NCBI GenBank assembly: GCA_017503105.1
Contig: JAFVTS010000010.1
Coordinates: 30,419-94,418 of the forward strand
Source: Clostridia bacterium
GTDB taxonomy: Bacteria; Bacillota; Clostridia; Oscillospirales; CAG-272
Reading direction: 5' to 3'
Length of the DNA stretch: 64,000 nucleotides
The position numbers were made by a program, and so were the translations under genes. The notes beneath the pieces are model-generated. The model ran no database searches. It saw only the letters and a program-made list of their open reading frames with translations, and was not told the DNA's origin. This document shows positions 51,035-61,499 of this stretch, piece by piece. Every line of letters starts with the position of its first letter. Position 1 is the stretch's first letter.

Positions 51035-52042
51035 TTAAAGAAGTTTTATGCCTGCTTTTTTGCAGCCCTCTACCGTTTCTTTATCCCAAACGCTCGACTG
51101 CACCTCGCCGATGTGCGCGCAGCCCATCATAAGCATACAAAGGCGCGACTGACCGATGCCGCCGCCGACGGTGAGAGGGAGCTCACCTGCAAGGAGCATC
51201 TTGTGGAAGGGGAGCTCACGGCGCTCGTTGCAACCGCGCTCGTCAAGCTGGCGGGCAAGGGATTCCTCGTCAACTCTGATGCCCATTGACGAGATCTCAA
51301 AGGCTCTGCCGAGGACCTCGTTATAGAACATAATATCGCCGTTGAGCGCCCAATCGTCATAGTCGGGAGCTCTTCCGTCGTGGGGCTTGCCGTTTTTCAG
51401 CTTGCCGCCGATCTGCATAATAAGCGCGGTCTTATGCTCCTTGAGAAAGGCGTCCTCGCGCTCCTTTGGCGTCAAGGTGGGGTACATTTCTTCAAGCTCC
51501 GACGTCGTGATACACGCGACCTCGCGCGAGAGGTTGACGGAGAGTTCGGGGAAATCTATCTTCAAAAGCTCGTTCGTGTCACAAATGACGCCGACTATTT
51601 TGCGCACGGTATCCTTCAGATATTCAAGAGTTCTGTCCTCTTTGGTTATGACCTTCTCCCAATCCCATTGGTCGACGTAGATGGAGTGAATGTTGTCAAG
51701 CTCCTCGTCGCGGCGAATGGCGTTCATATCGGTGTAAAGACCGTTTCCGACGAAGAAGTTGTATTCTTTAAGAGCAAGTCTTTTCCACTTCGCGAGGGAG
51801 TGAACGACCTGCGCGTTTTCGCCAACGGCGGGAATGTCGAAGGAAACGGGACGCTCGGTGCCGTTGAGATTGTCGTTAAGACCCGAGCCCTCCGTGACGA
51901 AGAGGGGCGCTGACACACGCTTTAAGCCGAGTGCCGCGGCGAGCCTGTCCTGAAACGTGCGCTTGATAAAGGATATAGCCTTTTGCGTTCTGTAAACGTC
52001 AAGAGGGTTTTTGTAGTTTTGAGGAACGAATAACTTTGACAT
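51035..52042 (-). CDS. asnA: Aspartate--ammonia ligase
   Basis: GLNDNLNG.ERPV, VVHSLAKWKR, YVDQWDWE, GRAPDYDDW, GGGIGQSR. Confidence 0.97.
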   Translation of the reverse strand: MSKLFVPQNYKNPLDVYRTQKAISFIKRTFQDRLAAALGLKRVSAPLFVTEGSGLNDNLNGTERPVSFDIPAVGENAQVVHSLAKWKRLALKEYNFFVGNGLYTDMNAIRRDEELDNIHSIYVDQWDWEKVITKEDRTLEYLKDTVRKIVGVICDTNELLKIDFPELSVNLSREVACITTSELEEMYPTLTPKEREDAFLKEHKTALIMQIGGKLKNGKPHDGRAPDYDDWALNGDIMFYNEVLGRAFEISSMGIRVDEESLARQLDERGCNERRELPFHKMLLAGELPLTVGGGIGQSRLCMLMMGCAHIGEVQSSVWDKETVEGCKKAGIKLL

Positions 52043-52124
52043 ATTCTCTATCCTTTTTAATTTAATGAAGGAAAAAACGAAACGCGAGACGAGTGTTTTT
52101 CGCCTCGCGATTTTTTTGTTTTGA

Positions 52125-53630
52125 TTATTTTACGTTTGCGGTGCTTCTGAGCATAACGTCGTGATAACCGCCCTCAACGATGCTCGTTGCGGAAACGAGG
52201 GTTATCTTTGCTTTTTCCTGAAGCTCGGGAATGGTGATAGCTCCGCAGTTGCACATAGTGGATTTTACCTTGTAAAGCGACTTCTCAACGTTGTCGTGGA
52301 GTGAGCCCGCGTAGGTAACGTAAGAGTCAACGCCCTCCTCGAAGGAAAGCTTAGCCTTGCCGCCGAGGTCGTATCTCTGCCAGTTGCGCGCTCTGTTAGA
52401 GCCCTCGCCCCAATATTCCTTAACGTACTGTCCGTTGACCATAGTCTTGGGTGTGGGGGATTCGTCGAATCTTGCAAAGTATCTGCCGAGCATCATAAAG
52501 TCAGCACCCATAGCAAGAGCGAGAGTCATATGATAGTCGTGGACGATACCGCCGTCTGAACAAATGGGAATGTAGATACCCGTCTTCTCGTAATACTCGT
52601 CACGCGCTGCGGCAACCTCGATAACCGCGCTTGCCTGACCGCGTCCGATTCCCTTGGTCTCACGGGTGATACAAATTGAGCCGCCGCCGATACCGATCTT
52701 AATGAAGTCAGCACCTGCCTTAGCAAGGAACATAAAGCCCTCGCGGTCAACGATGTTGCCCGCACCTATCTTTACGCTGTCGCCGTACTTTTCACGAACG
52801 AAATCTATCGTTCTCTTCTGCCATACGGTATAACCCTCGGAGGAGTCGATGCAAAGTACGTCGGCGCCCGCCTCAACGAGCGCGGGGATTCTCTGCTCGT
52901 AATCACGGGTGTTTACGCCCGCGCCTACTACGTAGCTCTTGTTCTTGTCAAGGAGCTCGTCCGGGTTTTCCTTATGCTGAGAATAGTCCTTGCGGAATAC
53001 GAAGTACTTGAGCTTTCCGTTCTTATCAACGATGGGAAGGGAATTGAGCTTGTTGTCCCAGATGATGTCGTTGGCTTGCTTAAGCGTCGTTCCCTCGGGA
53101 GCTGTGATGAGCTTTTCAAGGGGAGTCATAAAGGACGCGACCTTTTCGTCGCCGTTCATACGGCTCACGCGGTAATCTCTGCCCGTAACGATGCCGAGGA
53201 GCTTGCCCGTAGCAGTTCCGTCGTCGGTAACGGCCATAGTGTTGTGACCGTTCTTCTCAACGAGCTCAAGAACGTCGTCAAGAGTGTTGTCAAGAGTAAG
53301 GTTGGAATCGCTTACGACGAAGCCTGCCTTGTAATTCTTTACGCGCGCGACCATTGCCGCCTCGTCCTCGATAGTCTGGTTTCCGTAAATGAAGGAAACG
53401 CCGCCCTCCTTTGCAAGAGCGATAGCCATTTTATCGTCCGATACGGACTGCATAATAGCGGAGACCATAGGGATGTTGAGCGAAAGGGGGCATTCCTCCT
53501 CACCCTTTCTGTATTTTACAAGAGGAGTCTTGAGCGAAACGTTCGCAGGAATGCATCTTTCGTCCGTATAACCGGGTACGAGAAGATACTCGCTGAAGGT
53601 GTGCGACGGCTCGTTAAAGTAGGTTGCCAT
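52125..53630 (-). CDS. guaB: IMP dehydrogenase
   Basis: [11 protein letters not shown] pair, [22 protein letters not shown]. Confidence 0.95.
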   Translation of the reverse strand: MATYFNEPSHTFSEYLLVPGYTDERCIPANVSLKTPLVKYRKGEEECPLSLNIPMVSAIMQSVSDDKMAIALAKEGGVSFIYGNQTIEDEAAMVARVKNYKAGFVVSDSNLTLDNTLDDVLELVEKNGHNTMAVTDDGTATGKLLGIVTGRDYRVSRMNGDEKVASFMTPLEKLITAPEGTTLKQANDIIWDNKLNSLPIVDKNGKLKYFVFRKDYSQHKENPDELLDKNKSYVVGAGVNTRDYEQRIPALVEAGADVLCIDSSEGYTVWQKRTIDFVREKYGDSVKIGAGNIVDREGFMFLAKAGADFIKIGIGGGSICITRETKGIGRGQASAVIEVAAARDEYYEKTGIYIPICSDGGIVHDYHMTLALAMGADFMMLGRYFARFDESPTPKTMVNGQYVKEYWGEGSNRARNWQRYDLGGKAKLSFEEGVDSYVTYAGSLHDNVEKSLYKVKSTMCNCGAITIPELQEKAKITLVSATSIVEGGYHDVMLRSTANVK

Positions 53631-53744
53631 TTTTATAAATCCTCGCTTTTCAAAATTTTATTAGATATATTTTATCACAGAGATCTCGCCGTGTCAATAA
53701 CTTTTTAAAAGTTTTTCTTTTTTATCCGCTGCGCCAAGGGTAAA

Positions 53745-54380
53745 TCAGGGCTCGAAGGAGTCAAGAAGAACTATACTTTCTATGACGGGCTGAAGTCCCT
53801 TGATCTTGATAACCTCGTTTTCCGTATACTTCACGCATTCCTCGGTTATCTCGTCAACGACAGAAAGCCCCTTTACTACGTAGCCGAACGCCGCGTACTT
53901 TCCGTCAAGGAACGTGGAGTCCGCGTTGCAGATGAAGAACTGAGAGGACGCGGAGTCCATATCGTCGCTCCTCGCCATAGAGATAACGCCGCGAAGGTGG
54001 CTGATGTCGTTTTTGTGACCGTTTTCGGAAAACTCGCCTTTTATCTCAACCTCGGAGCCGCCTGAGCCGTTGCCCTTGGGGTCGCCGCCTTGGATCATAA
54101 AGTCCTTCATTATTCTGTGGAAGGTAAGACCGTTATAGAAGCCCTCGGACACGAGCTTCTTGAAGTTGGCTACCGTCACGGGTGCTGTCGTCGCGTCGAG
54201 AAGAACGACTATATCGCCGAAGTCCTTGACGGTGATCTTCGCGTAGCTTATATTTCTGCCGTCGGTGTTTCTCGTGTCGTAATAAACGCATCTGTCGTCT
54301 TCATCGCTACAAGAAGCAAAGATCCCGACGCACGTGCAAAGCGCAAGGATAAGGCACAGAATCTTCTTTAAGTGTTTCAT
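53745..54380 (-). CDS. Cyclophilin-type peptidylprolyl isomerase, lipoprotein (paralog 2)
   Basis: FASC lipobox; FYNGLTFHRI, FMIQGG, GVISMAR, SQFFI, LDGKYAAFG. Confidence 0.93.
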   Translation of the reverse strand: MKHLKKILCLILALCTCVGIFASCSDEDDRCVYYDTRNTDGRNISYAKITVKDFGDIVVLLDATTAPVTVANFKKLVSEGFYNGLTFHRIMKDFMIQGGDPKGNGSGGSEVEIKGEFSENGHKNDISHLRGVISMARSDDMDSASSQFFICNADSTFLDGKYAAFGYVVKGLSVVDEITEECVKYTENEVIKIKGLQPVIESIVLLDSFEP

Positions 54381-54401
54381 AATATATTTCTCCTTTTAAA
54401 T

Positions 54402-55088
54402 TTACTCGATTATTTCCATTTTTTCGATAACGGGCTGAAGCGCTTTTATATTGATCGTTTCGCCCTCGCAGTATTTCACGGCGACGCTCGTTATCTTATC
54501 AACGGTGCTCATTCCCTCTATAACGTAGCCGAACGCCGCGTAGCTTCCGTCAAGTCCCGTAGAGTCCGCGTTGCAGATGAAGAATTGGCAGGACGCCGAG
54601 TTCTTATCGTTGTTGCCCCTCGCCATAGATATAACGCCGCGAAGGTGGCTGATGTCGTTTTCGTGACCGTTGCTCGAAAACTCGCCCTTAATCTTTTCCT
54701 CGGTACTTCCGCCGCCGTCGCCCCTCGGGCAGCCGCCCTGTATCATAAAATTCTCCACTATTCTGTGGAAGGTAAGACCGTTATAAAAGCCGTCCGCTAC
54801 GAGCTTTTTGAAGTTGGCTACCGTTTCGGGTGCTGTCGTCGCGTCAAGAAGAAGCGTTATCTCCCCGTAATCTCTGACGGTCATCTTTACTTTACAGGTT
54901 TCGTGTCCCGTGACGTCGCGCTCGGTTTTGTAAACACACCAATCGAGAGCCGTTTCCTCTTTCGGTGGAGGCGTTGTCGGTGTGGGCGCGTTTTCTCCGC
55001 TCTGCGCGGCGCCCGTTTGCTCGCCGCAGGAGATGAGCGCTGTCAGCGACAGGGAGAGCGCCAAAATAAACGGTATTATTTTCTTCAT
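54402..55088 (-). CDS. Cyclophilin-type peptidylprolyl isomerase, lipoprotein (paralog 1)
   Basis: MKKIIPF...LISC lipobox; same motifs as the neighbour; GAGG RBS before ATG 55088. Confidence 0.93.
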   Translation of the reverse strand: MKKIIPFILALSLSLTALISCGEQTGAAQSGENAPTPTTPPPKEETALDWCVYKTERDVTGHETCKVKMTVRDYGEITLLLDATTAPETVANFKKLVADGFYNGLTFHRIVENFMIQGGCPRGDGGGSTEEKIKGEFSSNGHENDISHLRGVISMARGNNDKNSASCQFFICNADSTGLDGSYAAFGYVIEGMSTVDKITSVAVKYCEGETINIKALQPVIEKMEIIE

Positions 55089-55141
55089 AAAAAATCTATC
55101 CTCTTTTTCATAGCCGGAGAGCTTGTTTTTCAGGTGGCTGA

Positions 55142-56164
55142 TCATATATATTCCGAGATGAAGAGCTCTATCAGCCTGTAACCGCTGATGCCGCCGAATT
55201 TCGACGCCGCGTCAAGCCTCACGAGCTCGCTGAGTATTTTTGAGAGTCCCTCGGCGCCGTATCGCCTCGCGCCGCCAAGGCAAATCCTCGCCTTGAAATC
55301 CCTTATGCCGAGTAGTGGGCCGAGCTTATCAGCCTCACCGTCCTTTACGAGCATTGCTACGTTTAAAAGCTCTGTGAGCGAGCGCTCGGTCATAGCGAGA
55401 ATGACGGCCGGGTCGACACGCCTGAATTTCAAGTCGTCAAGGGCGCGGAATGCCGCAGCCTTGTCCTTATTTACTATCGCGTTCTGAAAGGCGAACGTTT
55501 CACTTTCGGGAGTTTGGGATGAAACCGCCTCAACGTCAGCGACCGTGACGTAGCTCCTGCCGTCCGCTTTTACGAAGGCAACGAGCTTGCTCACCTCGCC
55601 CGAGAGGACGTCCATACTCTTTCCCGAACGGGAGAGGAGGGTGTTCAGCGCAGAGGCGTCGGTAGTCAAGCCCTCTGCCGTAAAGTGTCTGTTGAGCCAG
55701 CCGAGAAGTTGCTTGTCGGTTGATTTCTTGAAATTCACAAGCTCAAAAAGCTTGCCGAAGCGTCGCTCGAGCTTGCTTTTGTTCTTTCCCGCAGAAAATT
55801 CAAAGCTCTCCTGCGAAACGGTGATAATAAGCACGGTATCGGGATTTTTGTCGTGCTCGGCGGCAAGCTCCTCCACTGCGGCAAGCTCCTTTTCCCTCAT
55901 CGCGGAAAAATCGGGGAATCGCCATTCTACGACCTTGTATTCACTCATCAGGGGCGGAGATATGACAGCCTCCAAGACCTCCGCCGCCGTCGCGTCCTCG
56001 CCGTCGAAGACCGAGTGACTGAAGATGTCGTCCGCGTCGCCTATTGCCGCCTTTACAAGCTGTCTTGCGTAGTGGCGCTTGAGAAAGTCCTCTTCGCCTC
56101 CGAAAATGTATCTTCCTGCGAAGGAGGCTTTTTTTATTCGTTCGTCAAGCTCTGTATATTCCAC
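55142..56164 (-). CDS. holA: DNA polymerase III delta subunit
   Basis: YIFGGEEDFLK, PLMSEYKVV, EVSKL, ~340 aa. Confidence 0.85.
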   Translation of the reverse strand: MEYTELDERIKKASFAGRYIFGGEEDFLKRHYARQLVKAAIGDADDIFSHSVFDGEDATAAEVLEAVISPPLMSEYKVVEWRFPDFSAMREKELAAVEELAAEHDKNPDTVLIITVSQESFEFSAGKNKSKLERRFGKLFELVNFKKSTDKQLLGWLNRHFTAEGLTTDASALNTLLSRSGKSMDVLSGEVSKLVAFVKADGRSYVTVADVEAVSSQTPESETFAFQNAIVNKDKAAAFRALDDLKFRRVDPAVILAMTERSLTELLNVAMLVKDGEADKLGPLLGIRDFKARICLGGARRYGAEGLSKILSELVRLDAASKFGGISGYRLIELFISEYI

Positions 56165-56200
56165 GGCACAGCCTCCTTCATTGAATTTAAGCTTAAAATT

Positions 56201-56626
56201 TTACACGGGGGTGGCGGTGATCTTCATAAGACAGTCTTTTTCAGCTCCGCCTATTTTCAAAAAGTATTCAAGCGTAAGGGTACCGCCAAAGGGAGAGAGG
56301 GAGCATTCCGTGCGCTTCGCCAAAACCTCGGCGTCAAAAGAAAACGGCGGGATCTTGTAGAGTGAAGCGTGTGTGACTCCGACCTCGAAGAGCATCTCGC
56401 TCTCTATTGCGCCGCGTCTTTGAAGGCGTATTACGCTTCCGAAGGGCTCGATGAGCGTTTCCGTCCTCGTGCCGCCGTCCTCGCTTTTGTAGGACAGGCG
56501 AAGAACACCCTCGTCTCTCGTGTATTTCATATAACCGACGTAGCTTTCCTCCGTGCGCTCGGGAATCGGATCGCCCTCGTTCGTGACGGAGGAGCTTACG
56601 GTGACGTTCATTTTTATAAGTGCCAT
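56201..56626 (-). CDS. DUF1934-family protein
   Basis: L.Y.SE...T.T....LQRRG.IESEMLFE.G..H.S.Y beta-rich pattern. Confidence 0.7.
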   Translation of the reverse strand: MALIKMNVTVSSSVTNEGDPIPERTEESYVGYMKYTRDEGVLRLSYKSEDGGTRTETLIEPFGSVIRLQRRGAIESEMLFEVGVTHASLYKIPPFSFDAEVLAKRTECSLSPFGGTLTLEYFLKIGGAEKDCLMKITATPV

Positions 56627-56686
56627 ACTCGTTATTTAGAAAAAGACAAAAACGGTAGCCGCAAACTCCCGTTTTTGTCATTATTC

Positions 56687-57121
56687 TCAGATCTTTCCTC
56701 TTTTTTTCAGATTGTATTCGCTCCTCGGATTTACGAACTCGCGCCAATTGAGGCTTCCGCTCTCAAGCGCCGTGACGAGCACCTCCGCCGTCGCGATATT
56801 CGTCGCAAGGGGGATGTTGTATACGTCGCAAAGTCTGAGAAGGTTCATCTCAGCCTCCGAGGGGTCCTTTGCGGGGTCAGTGCTTCTGAAGTAAAAAATT
56901 ACGTCTATCTCGTCGTAGGAGACCCTGGACGCGATCTGCTCGGTTCCGCCTGAATGACCGGAAAGGTAGGTTTCTATCTCAAGACCCGTCGCCTCGGAAA
57001 TATATCTTCCCGTTATATGGGTCGCGCAAAGGTGATGCTTGCTGAGTATTCCGCAATATGCTATACAAAATTGCGCCATCAGTTCTTTTTTGTTGTCGTC
57101 TGCTATGATTGCTATTTCCAC
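56687..57121 (-). CDS. mgsA: Methylglyoxal synthase-like protein, catalytic residues degenerate
   Basis: IAIIAD..KK, AT..TG, LSG..GG, LLRLCDV.NIPLATN.ATA fold signature. Confidence 0.8.
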   Translation of the reverse strand: MEIAIIADDNKKELMAQFCIAYCGILSKHHLCATHITGRYISEATGLEIETYLSGHSGGTEQIASRVSYDEIDVIFYFRSTDPAKDPSEAEMNLLRLCDVYNIPLATNIATAEVLVTALESGSLNWREFVNPRSEYNLKKRGKI

Positions 57122-57501
57122 TTAAGTTCTCCTTCTTTTTTTTTACTTCGAAAAATATTGAATTTTTCGTTTTCTACTTGCAATTATTATACCAAATTCG
57201 CAGGGCTTTGTCAATGCGTATAAAAATATTTTACATATCTCACAAATTTATTTGTACAACTTTAACCTTAAAAGGCCAAATAATAACCAGAAAAAGGAAA
57301 AAACGAAAACTTTTTTGTAAAAAATTAAAATATCCATTGTAAAATTCAAAAATATGTTGTATAATAACTCTTAAGGCAAGCGTAGCAAGGCTCTTCCGTG
57401 CGTAGAGCGAGCTCGGAGCTTTCCAAAGATCCTCTCCGCGCCGTCGGGTGGATTTTGCTTTTATTAGCTTTATATTATCTTACATAGAAGAGGTCAGCAA
57501 A

Positions 57502-58566
57502 ATGAAAAAATTCAGAAGAATAGGCGTACTTACATCGGGCGGCGACGCTCCCGGTATGAATGCGGCAATAAGAGCCGTAACGCGCGCGGCGATAGCTCAC
57601 GGTGTTGAGGTTATGGGTATTTACAGAGGATATTCGGGACTTATATCGGGAGATATAAAGCCCCTTGGTCTTCGTGACGTTTCGAATATTATAAACAAGG
57701 GCGGCACTATGCTCTACTCCGACCGTTGCCCCGAATTCAAGACCGAGGAGGGTATGGCAAAGGCGATAGAGACCTGCCGTAAGTTCAATATCGACGGTAT
57801 CGTGGCAATAGGCGGCGACGGCACCTTCAGAGGCGCGACCGACCTTACCGCACGCGGTATTCCCTGCGTAGGTCTTCCCGGCACTATTGATAACGATATT
57901 ACGTCGACCGATAACACCATAGGCTTCGACACCGCTATGAACACGGTAATAGATCTCGTTGACAAGCTCCGCGACACCTGCGAGTCTCACGCGAGATGCA
58001 GCGTCGTTGAGGTTATGGGCAGAGGCGCGGGTGATATCGCGCTTTATACGAGCATCGCCTCGGGCGCGTCGGCTGTCGTTATTCCCGAGATAGAGGCAAA
58101 CGACGATGAGATATGCAGCAAGATCGAGGCGGCAAGAAAGCTTGGCAAGCGTAATTTCATAGTTATAGTTTCCGAGGGCGTCGGCTCCGAGTACGGTCCC
58201 GCTCTTACCGAAAAGATAGAGAAGGTCACGGGCGTTGAATCAAGATTTTCCCGCTTTGCTCACATAGTAAGAGGCGGAAGCCCCACGCTTAAGGACAGAA
58301 TGATGGCGACCAAGATGGGTGCCTTTGCCGTGGATATGCTCCTTGAGGGAAGATCCAACATAGTTATTTGTGAGAAAAAATCCGAGACGGTAGCGGTAGA
58401 CATAAACTACGCTCTCGTTATAGACAGAATGTACAAGGGCAAGCTTAAGGAAGGCGATCTTGAGCCCTTCTCGGTCGAGGATATTGATATGATGAAGAGA
58501 GAGATCGAGGAGAAGAAGACTTCTATCAGAGAGACCTACGACCTTTCTCGCGAAATAAACCTTTGA
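57502..58566 (+). CDS. pfkA: ATP-dependent 6-phosphofructokinase
   Basis: TSGGDAPGMNAA, GGDGT, PGTIDND, EVMGR.AG; GAGG RBS before ATG 57502. Confidence 0.96.
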   Translation: MKKFRRIGVLTSGGDAPGMNAAIRAVTRAAIAHGVEVMGIYRGYSGLISGDIKPLGLRDVSNIINKGGTMLYSDRCPEFKTEEGMAKAIETCRKFNIDGIVAIGGDGTFRGATDLTARGIPCVGLPGTIDNDITSTDNTIGFDTAMNTVIDLVDKLRDTCESHARCSVVEVMGRGAGDIALYTSIASGASAVVIPEIEANDDEICSKIEAARKLGKRNFIVIVSEGVGSEYGPALTEKIEKVTGVESRFSRFAHIVRGGSPTLKDRMMATKMGAFAVDMLLEGRSNIVICEKKSETVAVDINYALVIDRMYKGKLKEGDLEPFSVEDIDMMKREIEEKKTSIRETYDLSREINL

Positions 58567-58657
58567 TCACAAAGCTCCCCCCGCCGTGTGCGAAAAAAGG
58601 GGAGCTTTTCATTACCGCGCAACGGAGAAAACGAGGAAAGGAGCGCAGTCTTTTGCT

Positions 58658-59596
58658 TTGAAAACGGTAGAGTACAAGTTGGGTGAGAAATATGCCGAGC
58701 GCGGATGCGCCCTTGCGCTCGGCTTTTTCGACGGGGTGCATAAAGGACACAGAGAGCTGCTTGCAAAAACCGTCGCCGAGGCTCGGAAAAGAGGCGTTTT
58801 TTCCGCGGTCTTTACCTTCCGCTACGCTGGTGGGCTAAAGGGCGGCAGGAATATGATATATTCCGAGAGGGAGCGGGAGGAACTTCTTTCTTCCTTGGGA
58901 ATAGACGTCTGCTTTATTGCGGATTTCTCTGAGCTCAAGAATATGACGCCCGAGGATTTCGTAAAGAAAACCGTCGTGGGAGATATAGGCGCCGCCTTTG
59001 CCTCGGTCGGATATAATTACCGCTTCGGAAGGGGCGGGGAGGGGGATGCACGAAAGCTCTCCGAGCTTATGCGCCAAGAGGGGGCTGAGGCGTTCATTTT
59101 TGACGCGTATACGGAGGGCGGCGAGCCCGTTTCCTCGACACGGGTGCGGTCTTCTCTTGAAAGTGGACGGATAGAAGAGGCAAACTCTATGCTCGGTGTG
59201 CCGTACTTCATATCGGGCACTGTTGAGCACGGACGCGGTGACGGCAAGCGCTTCGGCTTCCCTACGGTAAATACCGCGGTGGAGGAAGGACGGGTGCGAC
59301 TTAAAAGCGGTGTGTATCTTACCGCGGTTAAAATAGGCGAAAAACTCTACACGGGTCTGACTAACGCAGGAGAATGCCCCTCGTTCGGCAAGAGGAGCTA
59401 TCACGCGGAAACCTTTCTTTTGGATTTTTCGGACGATGTGTACGGAATGGAAATTAAAGTTTACTTTTTAAGCTTTTTGCGCGAGGAGCGCGTGTTCTCC
59501 TCGGCGGGAGAGCTTGCTTTGCAAATAGAAAAGGATCGCGCCGTCGCGCGGGAAAGGATGAAAAATATAAAATGGCAGGAAATTGGACTCGCCTGA
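58658..59596 (+). CDS. ribF: Bifunctional riboflavin kinase / FAD synthetase
   Basis: LGFFDGVHKGH, VGYNYRFG, SSTRVR, GFPTVN, GVY, LREERVF. Start codon uncertain. Confidence 0.92.
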   Translation: MKTVEYKLGEKYAERGCALALGFFDGVHKGHRELLAKTVAEARKRGVFSAVFTFRYAGGLKGGRNMIYSEREREELLSSLGIDVCFIADFSELKNMTPEDFVKKTVVGDIGAAFASVGYNYRFGRGGEGDARKLSELMRQEGAEAFIFDAYTEGGEPVSSTRVRSSLESGRIEEANSMLGVPYFISGTVEHGRGDGKRFGFPTVNTAVEEGRVRLKSGVYLTAVKIGEKLYTGLTNAGECPSFGKRSYHAETFLLDFSDDVYGMEIKVYFLSFLREERVFSSAGELALQIEKDRAVARERMKNIKWQEIGLA

Positions 59597-60498
59597 CCGT
59601 AAAGGCGAAAACGAAGGACCTTGACTCGGTTTCTGCGGTGATGAGTATGCTTGATAACGGGCTTATGATAGAGGATTACAGCGATTTTTCGCTGAACGGA
59701 ATGTACGGAGAGCTCGTGGACGAGAGCATTCTTGAGGCAGACAGGGAGAGCGTGAAGGTTTCCATATTCGTTCCAGAGGAGAAAAACGTTTTTGAGTACC
59801 GCGCTTTTCTTGAAGAAAGACTCTCGGTGCTCGGTATAGAGTACGAAATATCCTGCGAAGGACTCTCGGAGGACGATTGGGCGGACTCTTGGAAGCAGTA
59901 TTATAAGCCGATACCCCTCGGTCGTGTGACGGTCGTTCCCGCTTGGGAAAAATACGAGCCGAGGGCGGACGAGGTAATAGTCAGAATGGACCCCGGTATG
60001 GCGTTCGGCACGGGAACTCACGAAACGACGCGCCTCGTTATGCTCCTTATGCAGGACGAGGACCTTTCGGGCAAACGTGTGCTCGACGTCGGCACGGGCT
60101 CCGGTATTCTCTCCATCTGCGCCTCAAAACTCGGAGCTAAGAGCTGTAACGCGTATGATATAGACCCCGTCGCGGTGAAGGTCGCGCGCGACAACGCCCT
60201 CTCCGACGGATGCACCAATATAACGGTCGAGGTCAGCGATCTTCTGAAGAACGTCGACCTCTCGGGCGGCAAATATGACGTTTGCGTTGCGAATATCGTA
60301 TCCGATATTATAATAAGAATGATGCCCGATCTTGGGGATTATATAACCGATGGCGCTCCCGTTATCCTTTCGGGCATAATCGATTCTCGTGCGGACGAGG
60401 TGCGCGAGTGCGTCAGGAACTGCGGTTACGAAATAGAGCGTGAGCTTTACGAGAACGACTGGACGGCGCTTCTGATAAAAAAGAGAGCGTCCGTATAA
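59572..60498 (+). CDS. prmA: Ribosomal protein L11 methyltransferase
   Basis: WADSWKQYYKP, DPGMAFGTGTHETT, LDVGTGSGIL, ANI, ILSGI. Confidence 0.96.
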   Translation: MAGNWTRLTVKAKTKDLDSVSAVMSMLDNGLMIEDYSDFSLNGMYGELVDESILEADRESVKVSIFVPEEKNVFEYRAFLEERLSVLGIEYEISCEGLSEDDWADSWKQYYKPIPLGRVTVVPAWEKYEPRADEVIVRMDPGMAFGTGTHETTRLVMLLMQDEDLSGKRVLDVGTGSGILSICASKLGAKSCNAYDIDPVAVKVARDNALSDGCTNITVEVSDLLKNVDLSGGKYDVCVANIVSDIIIRMMPDLGDYITDGAPVILSGIIDSRADEVRECVRNCGYEIERELYENDWTALLIKKRASV

Positions 60499-60549
60499 GT
60501 GGGCTTCATATAGCTATATATAAATAAATGAAGAAAACCGAGGTGTAGT

Positions 60550-61284
60550 ATGCCGAGATTTTTTGTGACGTCCGACGCTGTGTCGGGGGGAGTGATATCC
60601 ATTAAGGGCGACGACGCATATCACATTGCTCGCTCCTTGAGAATGGCGGTCGGTGACGCGGTCACGGTTTCTGACGGCGAGGGTAGGGAATATTTCTGCA
60701 CCCTTTCCCGTATCCGCGACGAGGAATGCCTTTGCGATATATCCGAGTGCGCTCCCGCAAGCGCGGAATCTCCCGTGAAAATAACGCTCTATATGGCTTA
60801 TCCGAAAGGGGATAAGCTTGAAACCGTCGTCCAAAAGGCGGTGGAGCTCGGCGTCTTTAGTATAGTGCCGTTCGAATCCTCGCGCTGCGTGAAAAAGCCG
60901 AAGGCTGAAAAAGCGGACAAGCAGACCGAGCGACTTCAAAGAATAGCAAAGGAAGCCGCAAAGCAGAGCGGACGCGGTATCGTGCCCGAGGTCTGCAAGC
61001 CCGTTTCGTTTTCCGAGATGCTCGCACTCGCGTCGAAGGCGGAGCTGCCGTTGTTATGTTATGAGGGAGAAAAGGCTCTTTCTCTGAAGGAGGCTCTCGC
61101 GGGCAAGGAGGGCGTTTCCGAGATCTGCGCCGTCGTCGGCTGTGAGGGTGGATTTTCCGAGGAAGAGGCGCGCCTTTGCCGTGAGGCGGGGCTCGTCAGC
61201 GTTAGCCTTGGACCGCGTATATTGCGATGTGAGACGGCACCCAGCTATATTTTGTCGGCTTTGTCATTCTTTTTTGAGCTTTAA
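60550..61284 (+). CDS. rsmE: 16S rRNA m3U1498 methyltransferase
   Basis: HIARSLRM, KGDKLE..VQKAVELG, EAAKQSGR, EGGFS, LGPRILRCETA. Confidence 0.96.
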   Translation: MPRFFVTSDAVSGGVISIKGDDAYHIARSLRMAVGDAVTVSDGEGREYFCTLSRIRDEECLCDISECAPASAESPVKITLYMAYPKGDKLETVVQKAVELGVFSIVPFESSRCVKKPKAEKADKQTERLQRIAKEAAKQSGRGIVPEVCKPVSFSEMLALASKAELPLLCYEGEKALSLKEALAGKEGVSEICAVVGCEGGFSEEEARLCREAGLVSVSLGPRILRCETAPSYILSALSFFFEL

Positions 61285-61499
61285 TTTAGCAAAAAAGCAA
61301 AAATACACAAAAAAATTGTATCTTTTTTGTGAGTTTTAGAAATTTTTTTCGAAAAACTATTGCAAATTGAACAAAAATGAGTTAAAATATAGTACAGTAT
61401 CACCAAAAGCTTTTGTAAATGTTGCATATACAAAAGTCGGAAAGCCCCGAGAATAACATCCTCGCGGCTTTTTATCACATCAGGAAAGAAGGATATTTT

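Noticed and set aside
53631-53700. Purine riboswitch upstream of guaB
   Set aside because: Short leader after a TTGACA...TAAAAT promoter; no aptamer motif visible.
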